DNA of 51,678 nucleotides from a virus (Duplodnaviria; Caudoviricetes), in IMG/VR virus record IMGVR_UViG_3300021062_000021, positions 1 to 51,678 of that record; one strand, 5' to 3'. The notes under the pieces are model-generated. The model was not told where the DNA came from and ran no database searches. It saw nothing but the letters and a program-made list of their open reading frames with translations. This document shows, piece after piece, positions 26,171-35,373 of the stretch. Both the position numbers and the translations under genes were made by a program. The stretch's first letter is position 1, and the number at the start of each line of letters is the position of its first letter.

Positions 26171-27099
26171 GGGCATTCGTAACTGGAGTAACCGGGTTCT
26201 TGGGGTCGCACCTTGCGGCCACTCTCGAATGCCCAACGATAGGCTTGGTGCGCGACAGGTTCAGCTACATCTCTGCGGGGATGATGGGAGAGCCAACCAC
26301 ATCAAACGCTACCTTGTGCTTTGGGGATCTCTCGGATATCGCTGCCTTGGAGCGGATTCTAGCGGAGCATCGCATCGATACCGTCTTCCATCTTGCTGCA
26401 CAGACAGAAATTGGTGTCGGAGCTGCCGATCCAATCGGCACATTTGATGCGAATATCCGTGGGACGTGGAACATTCTCGAGGCGTGCCGACGGCAGAAAG
26501 TGGCTCGCATTGTTATTGCGTCCTCGGACAAAGCGTACGGGCGAAGCCTCCCGCCATACCGGGAAGATATGCCGCTCCTTCCTGATCGCCCTTACGAGAC
26601 GTCCAAGGCGTGCGTAGACCTTCTGGCCAAGACCTACGCTGATACCTACCAGATGAGCGTTGCCACTACGAGGTGTGTGAATCTTTACGGCCCTGGTTGC
26701 ATGACGCTCTCCACGCTGATCCCAAACACCATTCGCAGGGTCCTGAAGGGCCAGCGTCCCATCATGCGCAACGGTGGGGTTATGAGGAGGGATTGGCTCT
26801 ATGTAGGTGATGCAGTGGACGCCTACATCAAGCTTGCAGAAAGCAAGTACGTCGGGCCAATGAACTTCGGTAGCGGCGTAGGCGTGTCCGTCAAGGACAT
26901 CATTGCCAATATCCTTGAGTTGATGGGCTCTGACCTTAAGCCGATCGATGAAGTAGACAAGCACGGCGAGATTGTTGACCAGTGGGCTGATTCCAGCCTC
27001 GCCAAGAAAGTCTTGGAGTGGACGCCTTCTCACACGCTGGCTCAAGGTCTCAGGAAAACGGTGGATTGGTACACGGCTTATTTTGTAGGTGCGAAGTGA
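26167..27099 (+). CDS. NAD-dependent sugar-nucleotide epimerase/dehydratase (CDP-glucose 4,6-dehydratase-like)
   Basis: VTGVTGFLG, HLAAQ, ASSDKAYG, YETSK, NLYGPG, RDWLYV.D. Confidence 0.92.
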   Translation: MRAFVTGVTGFLGSHLAATLECPTIGLVRDRFSYISAGMMGEPTTSNATLCFGDLSDIAALERILAEHRIDTVFHLAAQTEIGVGAADPIGTFDANIRGTWNILEACRRQKVARIVIASSDKAYGRSLPPYREDMPLLPDRPYETSKACVDLLAKTYADTYQMSVATTRCVNLYGPGCMTLSTLIPNTIRRVLKGQRPIMRNGGVMRRDWLYVGDAVDAYIKLAESKYVGPMNFGSGVGVSVKDIIANILELMGSDLKPIDEVDKHGEIVDQWADSSLAKKVLEWTPSHTLAQGLRKTVDWYTAYFVGAK

Positions 27100-27953
27100 A
27101 GTTAATCGGTTTGATGCTCGCCCGGAATGAAGAGTGGGTTATCGGCTGTTCTCTCCGTGCCGCCCTCAAGTGGTGCGATAAGGTCGTGGTAATCGATCAC
27201 GCAAGTACGGACGGTACCAGCAAGATCATTCTGGATGCTGCCTTTGAGTATGACGGCAGGGTCATTCTGCACAAGTGGCCAGAGACAGAACACTGGGACG
27301 AAATGTTTGTGCGCCAGATGAGTTTGGAGCTTGGCCGTGCTGCCGGCGGAACGCATTTTGCCATTGTCGATTGTGACGAGGTTCTGACGGCCAACGTTAT
27401 CCCGAATATCCGCGAAGAGTTCGAATGGCTTTACGATGGGCAGTGTCTAGAGGTCCCGATGCTGGCGATGCGGGATCTGGATCACTATCAAGACGATTCA
27501 TCCGTCTGGTCCCGTGCTTGGTTGACTCTGGGGTTCAAGGATCGAGCTAACCTCTCATGGAGGCCGCAGGAGGATGGGTACCACTTCCATTCTAGACCGC
27601 CGCACGGAGCCTTGGAGTCTCGCCGTCGACACCTTGCCGATAAGAGCCAAGGTGGGGCAATGCATCTCCAGTGGTGCAACCAGCGCCGCATCAAGGCAAA
27701 ACACGCCCACTACGCCGCAACGGAATGGATCCGTTGGCCTAGCCATCGTGGAATGGACGGCATCAATAGCACGTATTCCATGGCCCTAGAGCAGCCAGAG
27801 CACGTTACTGAGGCCCCAGCGTTCTGGTGGGTTGGCCTAAATCGTGATCTCATTAAAACTGATGGGGTGCCTTGGCATGAGGAAGACCTGAAGCGCCTGA
27901 TCGATAAACATGGCCGTGCGTTCTTCGATGGGATCGATCTGAAGGGGTACTAG
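27096..27953 (+). CDS. Glycosyltransferase family 2
   Basis: ARNEE, IDHASTDGT, VDCDE. Confidence 0.85.
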   Translation: MKLIGLMLARNEEWVIGCSLRAALKWCDKVVVIDHASTDGTSKIILDAAFEYDGRVILHKWPETEHWDEMFVRQMSLELGRAAGGTHFAIVDCDEVLTANVIPNIREEFEWLYDGQCLEVPMLAMRDLDHYQDDSSVWSRAWLTLGFKDRANLSWRPQEDGYHFHSRPPHGALESRRRHLADKSQGGAMHLQWCNQRRIKAKHAHYAATEWIRWPSHRGMDGINSTYSMALEQPEHVTEAPAFWWVGLNRDLIKTDGVPWHEEDLKRLIDKHGRAFFDGIDLKGY

Positions 27954-28739
27954 ATGGGCGGAACTATAGTCACGGATCTGGTCGGAAAGCTGGATGTATC
28001 GAAGATCAAGCCATTGCGGGATTACATTCTCTTTGAGGTCATGGATCGCAATCGCTCCGCTGGTGGTCTAATCATTCCAGGCAAGGAGAAGACGGAGTGT
28101 CTCTACGGCAGGGTGATCGCTACCGGCCCTGGAGAGGAGAGTCCGCGGACTGGCGAAGTGTTTCCGATGGACATCAAGCCCGGTGACATTATTGTTTCCG
28201 TGCAGTACATGGGCGAGAAGATCCAGACAATCGGAAAGAAATACCGCCTTCTTCGTGAACACGGGGTCTGGGCAAAGATCAAGATCGACTACCGTAAGGA
28301 AGGCGATTGGGACATCACAGACATTGAGCCGTACCGAAATCACATTCTCGTCAGAATGGACTCCGACGAAAAGAATCTGAAAGGGAACGTCTATCTACCG
28401 GCCAACCCTCAAGTGATGTTCCGGATGGCGACTCTTGTTAAGTCTGGTCCTGGGCTTAGGGATCCCAAGACTGGCGTTGTGTCCAGCATGGGGGTGAATG
28501 CGGGTGACAGGGTAGTCATCCTGCGCTTTGCAGGGTGCATAATTCGCGTGAAAGGCATTGAGCATCGTCTCGCCAGCGGAGAAGATGTTGAGGGTGTCAT
28601 GGATGCTGGGAGCGTTGTAGATGTCTTCGCGGATCCAACCGCGCATCCTAAACCAGTAGATGACTACGAGGTCGTTCCTGAGTCTCATCTTGACGACCTT
28701 ACCGAGAAGATCCTTAAGGATTCAGGGGGAATGAAATGA
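27954..28739 (+). CDS. groES: Tandem two-domain GroES/Cpn10 co-chaperonin
   Basis: KPLRDYIL..SAGGLIIP..GRVIATGPG..IKPGD, repeated as EPYRNHIL..GNVYLP..LVKSGPG..VNAGDRV. Confidence 0.85.
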   Translation: MGGTIVTDLVGKLDVSKIKPLRDYILFEVMDRNRSAGGLIIPGKEKTECLYGRVIATGPGEESPRTGEVFPMDIKPGDIIVSVQYMGEKIQTIGKKYRLLREHGVWAKIKIDYRKEGDWDITDIEPYRNHILVRMDSDEKNLKGNVYLPANPQVMFRMATLVKSGPGLRDPKTGVVSSMGVNAGDRVVILRFAGCIIRVKGIEHRLASGEDVEGVMDAGSVVDVFADPTAHPKPVDDYEVVPESHLDDLTEKILKDSGGMK

Positions 28740-29014
28740 AATGGTACTTCACGCCCAGCTTGGGGCACTATGGCGCGGCGATCGAGATTGACGACGATGG
28801 GCACGCTGGACGCATGGCGTTCGCGTCCATCAGCCCACAAGGGCTGTCGTTCGTCAAGTGGGCACCCCTGGAAGACAAGATGTGTGGGCCAAAGGGCTTT
28901 ATCAACATGAACAGCCTCATTTTGTACGAGGCGCTACCTGACCAGGTGGCCAAACTTAACAGCATGTTCAGTGTCATTATCCCCGTCAATGGCAAGCCGA
29001 GGCTACTCCCATGA
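28736..29014 (+). CDS. Hypothetical protein
   Basis: ATGA-coupled ORF. Confidence 0.6.
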   Translation: MKWYFTPSLGHYGAAIEIDDDGHAGRMAFASISPQGLSFVKWAPLEDKMCGPKGFINMNSLILYEALPDQVAKLNSMFSVIIPVNGKPRLLP

Positions 29015-29877
29015 TGGCTGCTCACAAGGAATTGGATCGCTTTCTAGATAAGAAGGCGACTCTGTTTTCAGATGCACTGCTGAATATCGTTCGAGCGTAC
29101 TACGGGGTTGGGAAGAGTATTCCAGAGGCCAGAAAGGATCTTGCCGAACTCATCAGCGACACCATGATCCTAGCCGACCTCAACGGACGGAAGCGCCTCT
29201 GGATGGAGTACGACTATGTAAAGGACCACATTGCTAGGTTTGGAGAGCTGCCAGACAGCACCCCTTTGGCCCCCAACCTAACGTTTAGGGAGGCTGTTCA
29301 GGATCTAGTTACAAGGGAGCCTCGCCTCATCAAGAGCGCCAGCGCGGTAGCTGAGAAGTACTCCGTAGAGCACATCTTCGCAATGGCCCGTAGCGCAGAG
29401 CTTCATATTACAGAGCGTGCACAGAAGGCCATTGAGACGTTCTTGGTCAACAACACGTCCGCAGAGGCGCTGTCCAAGACCATTCAGGAGATTGGCCCCT
29501 TTAGCCAAGCTTACGCTGATACGGTTTACCGCACCAACGTGGCCACGGCTTATAACGATGGGCGCATGGACCAAGCGTCCGATCCAGAACTGGAAGACAT
29601 CATCGTTGGCTTCCGGTACGAAGGCATTGCCGATGCCCGCACCAGGCACAATCACAGGATTGGATTTGGAACGATCGCACCGAAAGACGATCCTATTTGG
29701 GCCAAGTACAAGCCGCCCAATGGCTACAACTGTCGTTGTGGGCTTGAGTTCGTAAGTCGCTTTGAGGCTGAACGACTTGGGCTTATGGACAATGGGAAGA
29801 TGAAGCCCCGATACTCTGCGCCCCCCAGCCAGCTTAACCCTGATCCTGGGTTCAAGTCGGAGAGTGTGTTTTCGTGA
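29011..29877 (+). CDS. Head morphogenesis protein (Mu gpF / SPP1 gp7-like)
   Basis: TVYRTNVATAYN.GR, D.RTR..H, PPNGYNCRC. Confidence 0.92.
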   Translation: MMAAHKELDRFLDKKATLFSDALLNIVRAYYGVGKSIPEARKDLAELISDTMILADLNGRKRLWMEYDYVKDHIARFGELPDSTPLAPNLTFREAVQDLVTREPRLIKSASAVAEKYSVEHIFAMARSAELHITERAQKAIETFLVNNTSAEALSKTIQEIGPFSQAYADTVYRTNVATAYNDGRMDQASDPELEDIIVGFRYEGIADARTRHNHRIGFGTIAPKDDPIWAKYKPPNGYNCRCGLEFVSRFEAERLGLMDNGKMKPRYSAPPSQLNPDPGFKSESVFS

Positions 29878-30053
29878 GTAGCAAGAGCGCAAAGATTAGG
29901 ATGACAATCGTTCTTGAGAACACTCTTTACTTTGCCTTCCATGAGAAGACGCAAGAAGCTGGGGCGACTCACAACGGCATCGTGAGAAAGCTCATCAAGG
30001 CGTGGGTTGCCCCGGTCGATCCAACAATACCACCTCCACCTAAGCGAAAATAG
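29874..30053 (+). CDS. Ribbon-helix-helix-like regulator (59 aa, not in the ORF track)
   Basis: Manual translation MSSKSAKIRMTIVLENTLYFAFHEKTQEAGATHNGIVRKLIKAWV... Confidence 0.6.
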   Translation: MSSKSAKIRMTIVLENTLYFAFHEKTQEAGATHNGIVRKLIKAWVAPVDPTIPPPPKRK

Positions 30054-30134
30054 CGTTGCGCACTTTTGCGCGGAAGTCCATATCACGCTTTCGACATATT
30101 CCAATTGACCTAATCCGCCCCTACTCTATAGGGG

Positions 30135-31382
30135 ATGACAACGGTTACCAAACCTCCGATGCAGGGTGGCGGATATAAGGCTATCGACTGCTGCGACGGT
30201 TGGGTAATCGTGCGGGACGTGCCTGTCATGTCAACCGTCCCCAAGGGCGTTAAGAATGCGCCTGAGCCGATCGGGGAAGAGTGGATGTCCGATGCGGTAA
30301 AGTTCGGGCAGGAACTCTACACCAAAGGAAAGACGGCATATCCAATCCACATCGGCCACAATGACGACCTCGGATTGACGCAGCCGGAATTCGCTGGCTT
30401 CTTCAAGCCGTCCAGAGTTGGGACCGCGCTTGTCGAAGGTAAAGAGCAGCCCGCGGTGTTCGCTGATTGGAAGATCAAGAAGGACGTGTTTGAGAGGTTC
30501 TCCAAAGGAGAGCTTCCTTACGTGTCACCGGAGGTTCGAAACTGGAACAAGCGTAGGATCTCCAGCCTTGCGCTTCTGAGCAGCCAGCCTCCCCATTTCA
30601 GCTTTCCGCTTCAGACGGTCTCGGAGGTTGCTGAGGACCCCTACGCCGTCTTTTCTGCGGATCTTCCAAAAGAGTTCAAGGTGGCGAAGTTCGATGGCAT
30701 GGACCGGGTGACGTTCGATCCCACCGTCGAGGATGCCCCTGAAATTGAAAACAAGGAGACCACAATGGCCGACAAGCCCAAGGAAGACCTTCAGGCCGGC
30801 AAGCCGAACAACGCCCCGGTTGAACAGGATGCGGCTGGCAAGCCCGCCGCTCCCGCTGCCGCCCCTCTTGGCACCAAGATGAGTGAAGACCCGGTCCTTG
30901 CCGCCAAGTTCGCGGCCATGGCTGACGAGTCGGCTGCTCTCAAGCGCCGCCTTGACGAACGAGATGCGGCTGACAAGGCCAAGGAACTTACGGCGAAGGC
31001 CCTGGAGGATCTGAGGGGGTACCAGATTGGCGAGACGACCAAGGCCCAGATCGCCAAGTTTGCGGCTCAGGGTGAAGACAAGCTGAAGGATTTCGTCGCC
31101 ACGATCAAGGAAGTGGCCGCAAAGGACTCGCCCCGCACCTTTAGCGATGCGGAGCGTATGAACGTTTCTGCCAGCGATCCAGCGGTTGCCAAGTTCGCAC
31201 AGATGGGACCGGACAAGCTCGAGGCGGCTACTCGCTTCGCGGCCGACTACCGTACCCTCAAGAGCCATCCCGCAGGCCGCGGAATGCAGATCACCGAAGA
31301 GCAGTATGTGAAGTTCCAGATGGACGCGCTTGAGAACCCTGAAGGCAATCACTGGGGCATCAACATCGGAACCAAGAACTAG
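30135..31382 (+). CDS. Prohead protease/scaffold (Mu gpI-like)
   Basis: HIGH, PYVSPE, LALL..PP.F protease motifs followed by an Ala/Lys-rich helical C-half; upstream TTGACC-16-TATAGG. Confidence 0.8.
   Translation: MTTVTKPPMQGGGYKAIDCCDGWVIVRDVPVMSTVPKGVKNAPEPIGEEWMSDAVKFGQELYTKGKTAYPIHIGHNDDLGLTQPEFAGFFKPSRVGTALVEGKEQPAVFADWKIKKDVFERFSKGELPYVSPEVRNWNKRRISSLALLSSQPPHFSFPLQTVSEVAEDPYAVFSADLPKEFKVAKFDGMDRVTFDPTVEDAPEIENKETTMADKPKEDLQAGKPNNAPVEQDAAGKPAAPAAAPLGTKMSEDPVLAAKFAAMADESAALKRRLDERDAADKAKELTAKALEDLRGYQIGETTKAQIAKFAAQGEDKLKDFVATIKEVAAKDSPRTFSDAERMNVSASDPAVAKFAQMGPDKLEAATRFAADYRTLKSHPAGRGMQITEEQYVKFQMDALENPEGNHWGINIGTKN
30765..31382 (+). CDS. Nested in-frame scaffolding protein (Mu gpZ-like)
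   Basis: Internal AAGGAG RBS followed by in-frame ATG (MADKPKEDL). Confidence 0.6.
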   Translation: MADKPKEDLQAGKPNNAPVEQDAAGKPAAPAAAPLGTKMSEDPVLAAKFAAMADESAALKRRLDERDAADKAKELTAKALEDLRGYQIGETTKAQIAKFAAQGEDKLKDFVATIKEVAAKDSPRTFSDAERMNVSASDPAVAKFAQMGPDKLEAATRFAADYRTLKSHPAGRGMQITEEQYVKFQMDALENPEGNHWGINIGTKN

Positions 31383-31395
31383 GAGGTAGATCACA

Positions 31396-31881
31396 ATGGC
31401 CGCACTTACTCAGGCCGTCTCGAATAGGAATTGGGCTTCCATTCATAGCTGGGTCCAGAACTATCGAGTTCTGAACGGCTCGACCATCTACGTTGGCGCG
31501 TTTGTTGGCTTGCTGAACGGCACATCGACGGCCCAGCGTGGTTATGCGAAGCCTTACGCGGACCAGAACAGCATCAAGTATCTTGGTCTTGCGATCGGCT
31601 CTCCGTTCAACCTTTCAATGTCGCTTACGATCGTTGGCGACACGAGCGCAACCCTCCCGCCTGCGGTGACGGTTGAGGCCGGCCCTGGAATCCTGAAGTC
31701 CTACACCGTGACTGGCGCGTCGGCGTTCACGGACGTCGGCCGTCAGGTCTACCTCCGCAACGACAACGACATGAACCTGACCCAGATCCTTTCGCCGCGC
31801 ATCGGTCGCGTGGAGTACTGGTACACCAGCACCACGGTTGACGTCTTCGTGTACGGCAATCTGGCGGCTGAGGTTATCTAG
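31396..31881 (+). CDS. Capsid cement/decoration protein
   Basis: Between protease and capsid; TIYVGAFV, DVGRQVY..ND, RIGRV. Confidence 0.7.
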   Translation: MAALTQAVSNRNWASIHSWVQNYRVLNGSTIYVGAFVGLLNGTSTAQRGYAKPYADQNSIKYLGLAIGSPFNLSMSLTIVGDTSATLPPAVTVEAGPGILKSYTVTGASAFTDVGRQVYLRNDNDMNLTQILSPRIGRVEYWYTSTTVDVFVYGNLAAEVI

Positions 31882-31904
31882 GAACCTAAGAAGGAGAATA
31901 GACC

Positions 31905-32897
31905 ATGCCCTCTCCCGTCAATATCGGAGCGCTGCTTACCGCAGGACTCCGCGCCGACTACTCGCAGGCGTTCACCCCGCGATATCAGGGCGTCATGGCC
32001 CGTATCGGTTCGGTCGTCGGTGAAGTTACCTCCGACAAGCTGACTGAGATCTACGGGGCGTTGAAGTCGCCCATCTACCCGGTCCGTTGGGATGCGGGCA
32101 CCGAGATGCCGTCCAAGGATGTCCTCTCGGTCCAGATCTCCGTCACGAACCGGGACTGGGGCCGGCGAGTCTACCTCCCCCGCAACTGGGAGGATGATCA
32201 GACGAAGACGGCGTGGCAGGTGGCCCGCGGCCTTGGTGCGAACTGGGCCACGCTTCCTGAGCGCCTCTTCTATCAGTTCATCCAGGCTGGCACGGATGCG
32301 GATCTGCTGCCGGTCATTACCACCTCCTATGACGGTTCGGCGCTGTATGTCTCGACGGCCCGCGAAGGTGCGTCGAGCGGTAACATCGTGACGCAGACGG
32401 GATCGGCCACCGTCCAGCAGATCATCACCGACTTCTTCTCGATGGATACTCGGTACAACGACATCCAGAATTCGGAGTCGCAGCCGTTCTGGGATCCTTC
32501 GGACCTCAACCACTACACACTCTTCTACGGCACGAGCATCAACCTGGTCATGATGCAGGCTGCGAAGCAGATGGTGGTGATGAACAAGATTGACGGGACC
32601 TCCACCACGAACATCTCGACTGCGGCCGGCGTCAACAACACGCTGCTCGCTTCGGGCAAGACCGTTAGCTGGCAGATGTCCCAGCGCATTACGAACACCG
32701 CCATCTACTCGTTCCTGACGGGCATCCCGAACGAGTACCGCGCTGTGGCTCGCCAACTCCGCAAGGGTCTGAACGAGGCTGTTGGCAATTGGGAGACCAG
32801 CGACCATACCCGCTCGACGGGTCAGCCTTACGTCCAGTACGACAACCGCGAAACGGTGTTCTCGTTCCTCTGGCAGTCCACGGTCAAGATTGTCTAG
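31905..32897 (+). CDS. Major capsid protein (Mu gpT-like)
   Basis: Position, 330 aa, VTNRDW..EDDQ, SYDG..LY...; strong codon bias. Confidence 0.8.
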   Translation: MPSPVNIGALLTAGLRADYSQAFTPRYQGVMARIGSVVGEVTSDKLTEIYGALKSPIYPVRWDAGTEMPSKDVLSVQISVTNRDWGRRVYLPRNWEDDQTKTAWQVARGLGANWATLPERLFYQFIQAGTDADLLPVITTSYDGSALYVSTAREGASSGNIVTQTGSATVQQIITDFFSMDTRYNDIQNSESQPFWDPSDLNHYTLFYGTSINLVMMQAAKQMVVMNKIDGTSTTNISTAAGVNNTLLASGKTVSWQMSQRITNTAIYSFLTGIPNEYRAVARQLRKGLNEAVGNWETSDHTRSTGQPYVQYDNRETVFSFLWQSTVKIV

Positions 32898-32936
32898 TTC
32901 GGTTTCCGTTTCAGCCATTCAGAAAGGAGAAGGGCA

Positions 32937-33659
32937 ATGGGTCGGACAAAGAGATTGACCACAGAGCAGCGTCATCCGGACGCGACAGCGGTGGAGGAAG
33001 TTGTCCCCGTGTCGCTTTATTGGTTTGGCATGCTTCCGGCCCAGGGCACCTTCAAGCTGAAGAAACCGACTCGGGAAAAGGACCCGCAGACCAACGACTA
33101 CTTCACCTATGTCAACGTTACCACCCAAGAGCTTTGGGAAGGTGATGTTAACCAGTGGGTTGGCCGCTGTCCTTGGAAGCAGTCGCTTTCGGTGAATGGC
33201 CTTTCCTTCGACGCTTTCACCGAAACGCTTATGCGGCAGGTGGGGGCTTCTGCTGGAGCTGACGGCCTCAACAAGATCTCATGGCCTGGTGCCGTTGCGG
33301 AGCTCGATGAAGAGCGCTTCAGGCACGTCATCAGTGAGTGCTACCGGAACGTGATCCGGATCAAGGATGGGGTTGGGAAGGAGATCCACGTCAGCCAGCC
33401 CAAGTCCTATCAGATGCTTCCCAATGGCGAAGAGAGGTACGTTCCGGAGGGCTTCAACCCTAGGACGGACACGTTCTTTGCCCATTACGTCTATATCGTG
33501 AAGCTCGAAGCCGATCCTACCGAGTACGACTCCAGCACCTACTACCGCCTTGCCGCGGCGTGGAATGAGTTCTTCAACCAGCCGCCCAAGTCGGTTGCAG
33601 AAATGTACCCGCTCAAGGACGGCAAGATTCAGTTCTCCAAAGGGTCCGAGGAGGCTTAA
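32937..33659 (+). CDS. Hypothetical protein (structural region)
   Basis: AAGGAG RBS, long ORF. Confidence 0.7.
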   Translation: MGRTKRLTTEQRHPDATAVEEVVPVSLYWFGMLPAQGTFKLKKPTREKDPQTNDYFTYVNVTTQELWEGDVNQWVGRCPWKQSLSVNGLSFDAFTETLMRQVGASAGADGLNKISWPGAVAELDEERFRHVISECYRNVIRIKDGVGKEIHVSQPKSYQMLPNGEERYVPEGFNPRTDTFFAHYVYIVKLEADPTEYDSSTYYRLAAAWNEFFNQPPKSVAEMYPLKDGKIQFSKGSEEA

Positions 33660-33690
33660 TCTCCCCGGCCCTATAAAGGGGGGTTAGCCT

Positions 33691-35028
33691 TTGGCGACTC
33701 CAAGTAGAGCGGCCATCTACTCTCAGATCCAGGCTGTTGTGGATCTACTGGAGGAGTGGCGGAAGTTCGGTCGGGTTAACGCTAAGAACCTGATCGCCAT
33801 GTTCAACTCCATCCAGACCATCTCTGCCGGCGACTATGTGCCTAACATCGAGGCGGCTCTTGCGGCCTATCGTCAGAATGCGGCGGTCAACATCTCCCCT
33901 GCGTTTGTGGCGGCGCTCCTTCGCCCGCTGCTTCAGACGCTCTGCAAAAGCGTCATTGGTCGTGGAGACCCCAATAACGACGCTTCGATGAACTTTGAAA
34001 TCTACAAGTATTTTCAGGCAAATGGCCAGCGGGTCCAGAGTCGCAATCTGACTTACGGAACGCCTGTAGCTGCCGCTGCTAACGTTGGCAACAACCAGAT
34101 TATCCGTATCGCTCGGGATCAGTACAACTTCCCGATCGAGAATACCTTCTTGGATGCGAAGCGGATTCTCTGCGTTGCAGACGCCCAGACGGGAACGCAG
34201 CGCGGGAATGAAATCTTCACGGTGCAGGGGCAGACTCCTGCGATTGATGACCTTGAGCGGTCCGGGTCCGGCTTCTCCGGATTCCTCCAGGCGAAGACCA
34301 CGGATGACTCCCTCCTTTTCAACGCAAGCTGGACCTATTTCAGTGGGACGGCGGCGGCTCCTACCGCAGTGACCAACTGGACGTCTACGGACTTGAACGG
34401 CGTGTCCATTACGCCCTCGAGCTCGTATATGACGTTCGACTCCACCAACTACTTCCGGTCCGCTCCTAGCGATGCATCGGCCACGTCTTACGCAATCAAG
34501 CTGGTTGCTTCGCAGAGGCTTTCCCAAGCTCTTTCTGTGCGTGGCACGAAGTTACGTGTAGACCGCCCTTATCTGCTGGCGGTGGCATGGAATTCCGCGG
34601 TCTACAGCGGGCAGGGAGCGCTAACGTTCCGCATGGGGAACACCAACCGCACCGTAACGATCACTGGCGCTGCTGGCTGGAATATGACCCTGGTGCCGGT
34701 TCCGGTGGGTCAGTTCGCCCAGCAGTCCTGCTGGCCGCGGCTGTTCGAGACGGACAACATGAGTATCAGCATCGACTTCAACCGCACTAGCGGAAGCGTG
34801 CTGATTGATGATGTGCTGTTCCTGGAAGGCCAGTTCACGGATGGCACTTTCGCTTGGTGCATCCCGTCCAGCACAACGACTGGCTGGGTGCCGAACAAGA
34901 TCAACGATGTCTACAACTACGCCGACTTCGCGGCCAGTGACTCCAAGATCCAGAAATGGCTCTGGTGGGGCTTTGGAACGTATTGGCCTCACAGCTTTGG
35001 AAGCTCGATTACGTTGGCAGATCCTTAG
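33691..35028 (+). CDS. Putative virion structural protein (445 aa)
   Basis: Long ORF, beta-rich C-half. Confidence 0.65.
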   Translation: MATPSRAAIYSQIQAVVDLLEEWRKFGRVNAKNLIAMFNSIQTISAGDYVPNIEAALAAYRQNAAVNISPAFVAALLRPLLQTLCKSVIGRGDPNNDASMNFEIYKYFQANGQRVQSRNLTYGTPVAAAANVGNNQIIRIARDQYNFPIENTFLDAKRILCVADAQTGTQRGNEIFTVQGQTPAIDDLERSGSGFSGFLQAKTTDDSLLFNASWTYFSGTAAAPTAVTNWTSTDLNGVSITPSSSYMTFDSTNYFRSAPSDASATSYAIKLVASQRLSQALSVRGTKLRVDRPYLLAVAWNSAVYSGQGALTFRMGNTNRTVTITGAAGWNMTLVPVPVGQFAQQSCWPRLFETDNMSISIDFNRTSGSVLIDDVLFLEGQFTDGTFAWCIPSSTTTGWVPNKINDVYNYADFAASDSKIQKWLWWGFGTYWPHSFGSSITLADP

Positions 35029-35037
35029 AGGGGAACT

Positions 35038-35373
35038 ATGTCTGTAGATGGCCTGCTGATCCAGAGTGCAACCTTCAATGGCTCTGCCCCTGGAGCTAAC
35101 ACCAACATTCTTTCGACGTCGCTGACGCCGAAGATGGGCGGCGCATTCAGGGTTACGGTGGCCCTCGCTACCGCCAGCGTGTTCAACGTTATCATTACAC
35201 AAAGTGGAACGTCTCTGACGCTTGGCCTCAATGCCAGCGTTGCCCTGAATGCAGGTGATCTGTACACCTTCGTCTTTGGGGTCACGCCCTCGAGCACCTA
35301 CAACTTTCAGGTTGAGACGAACTCGGTCATTCGGATTCTCCAGATTGATGAAGTCTCTGGAGGTACGACCTAA
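35038..35373 (+). CDS. Small beta-rich virion protein
   Basis: Ser/Thr-rich ORF. Confidence 0.6.
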   Translation: MSVDGLLIQSATFNGSAPGANTNILSTSLTPKMGGAFRVTVALATASVFNVIITQSGTSLTLGLNASVALNAGDLYTFVFGVTPSSTYNFQVETNSVIRILQIDEVSGGTT

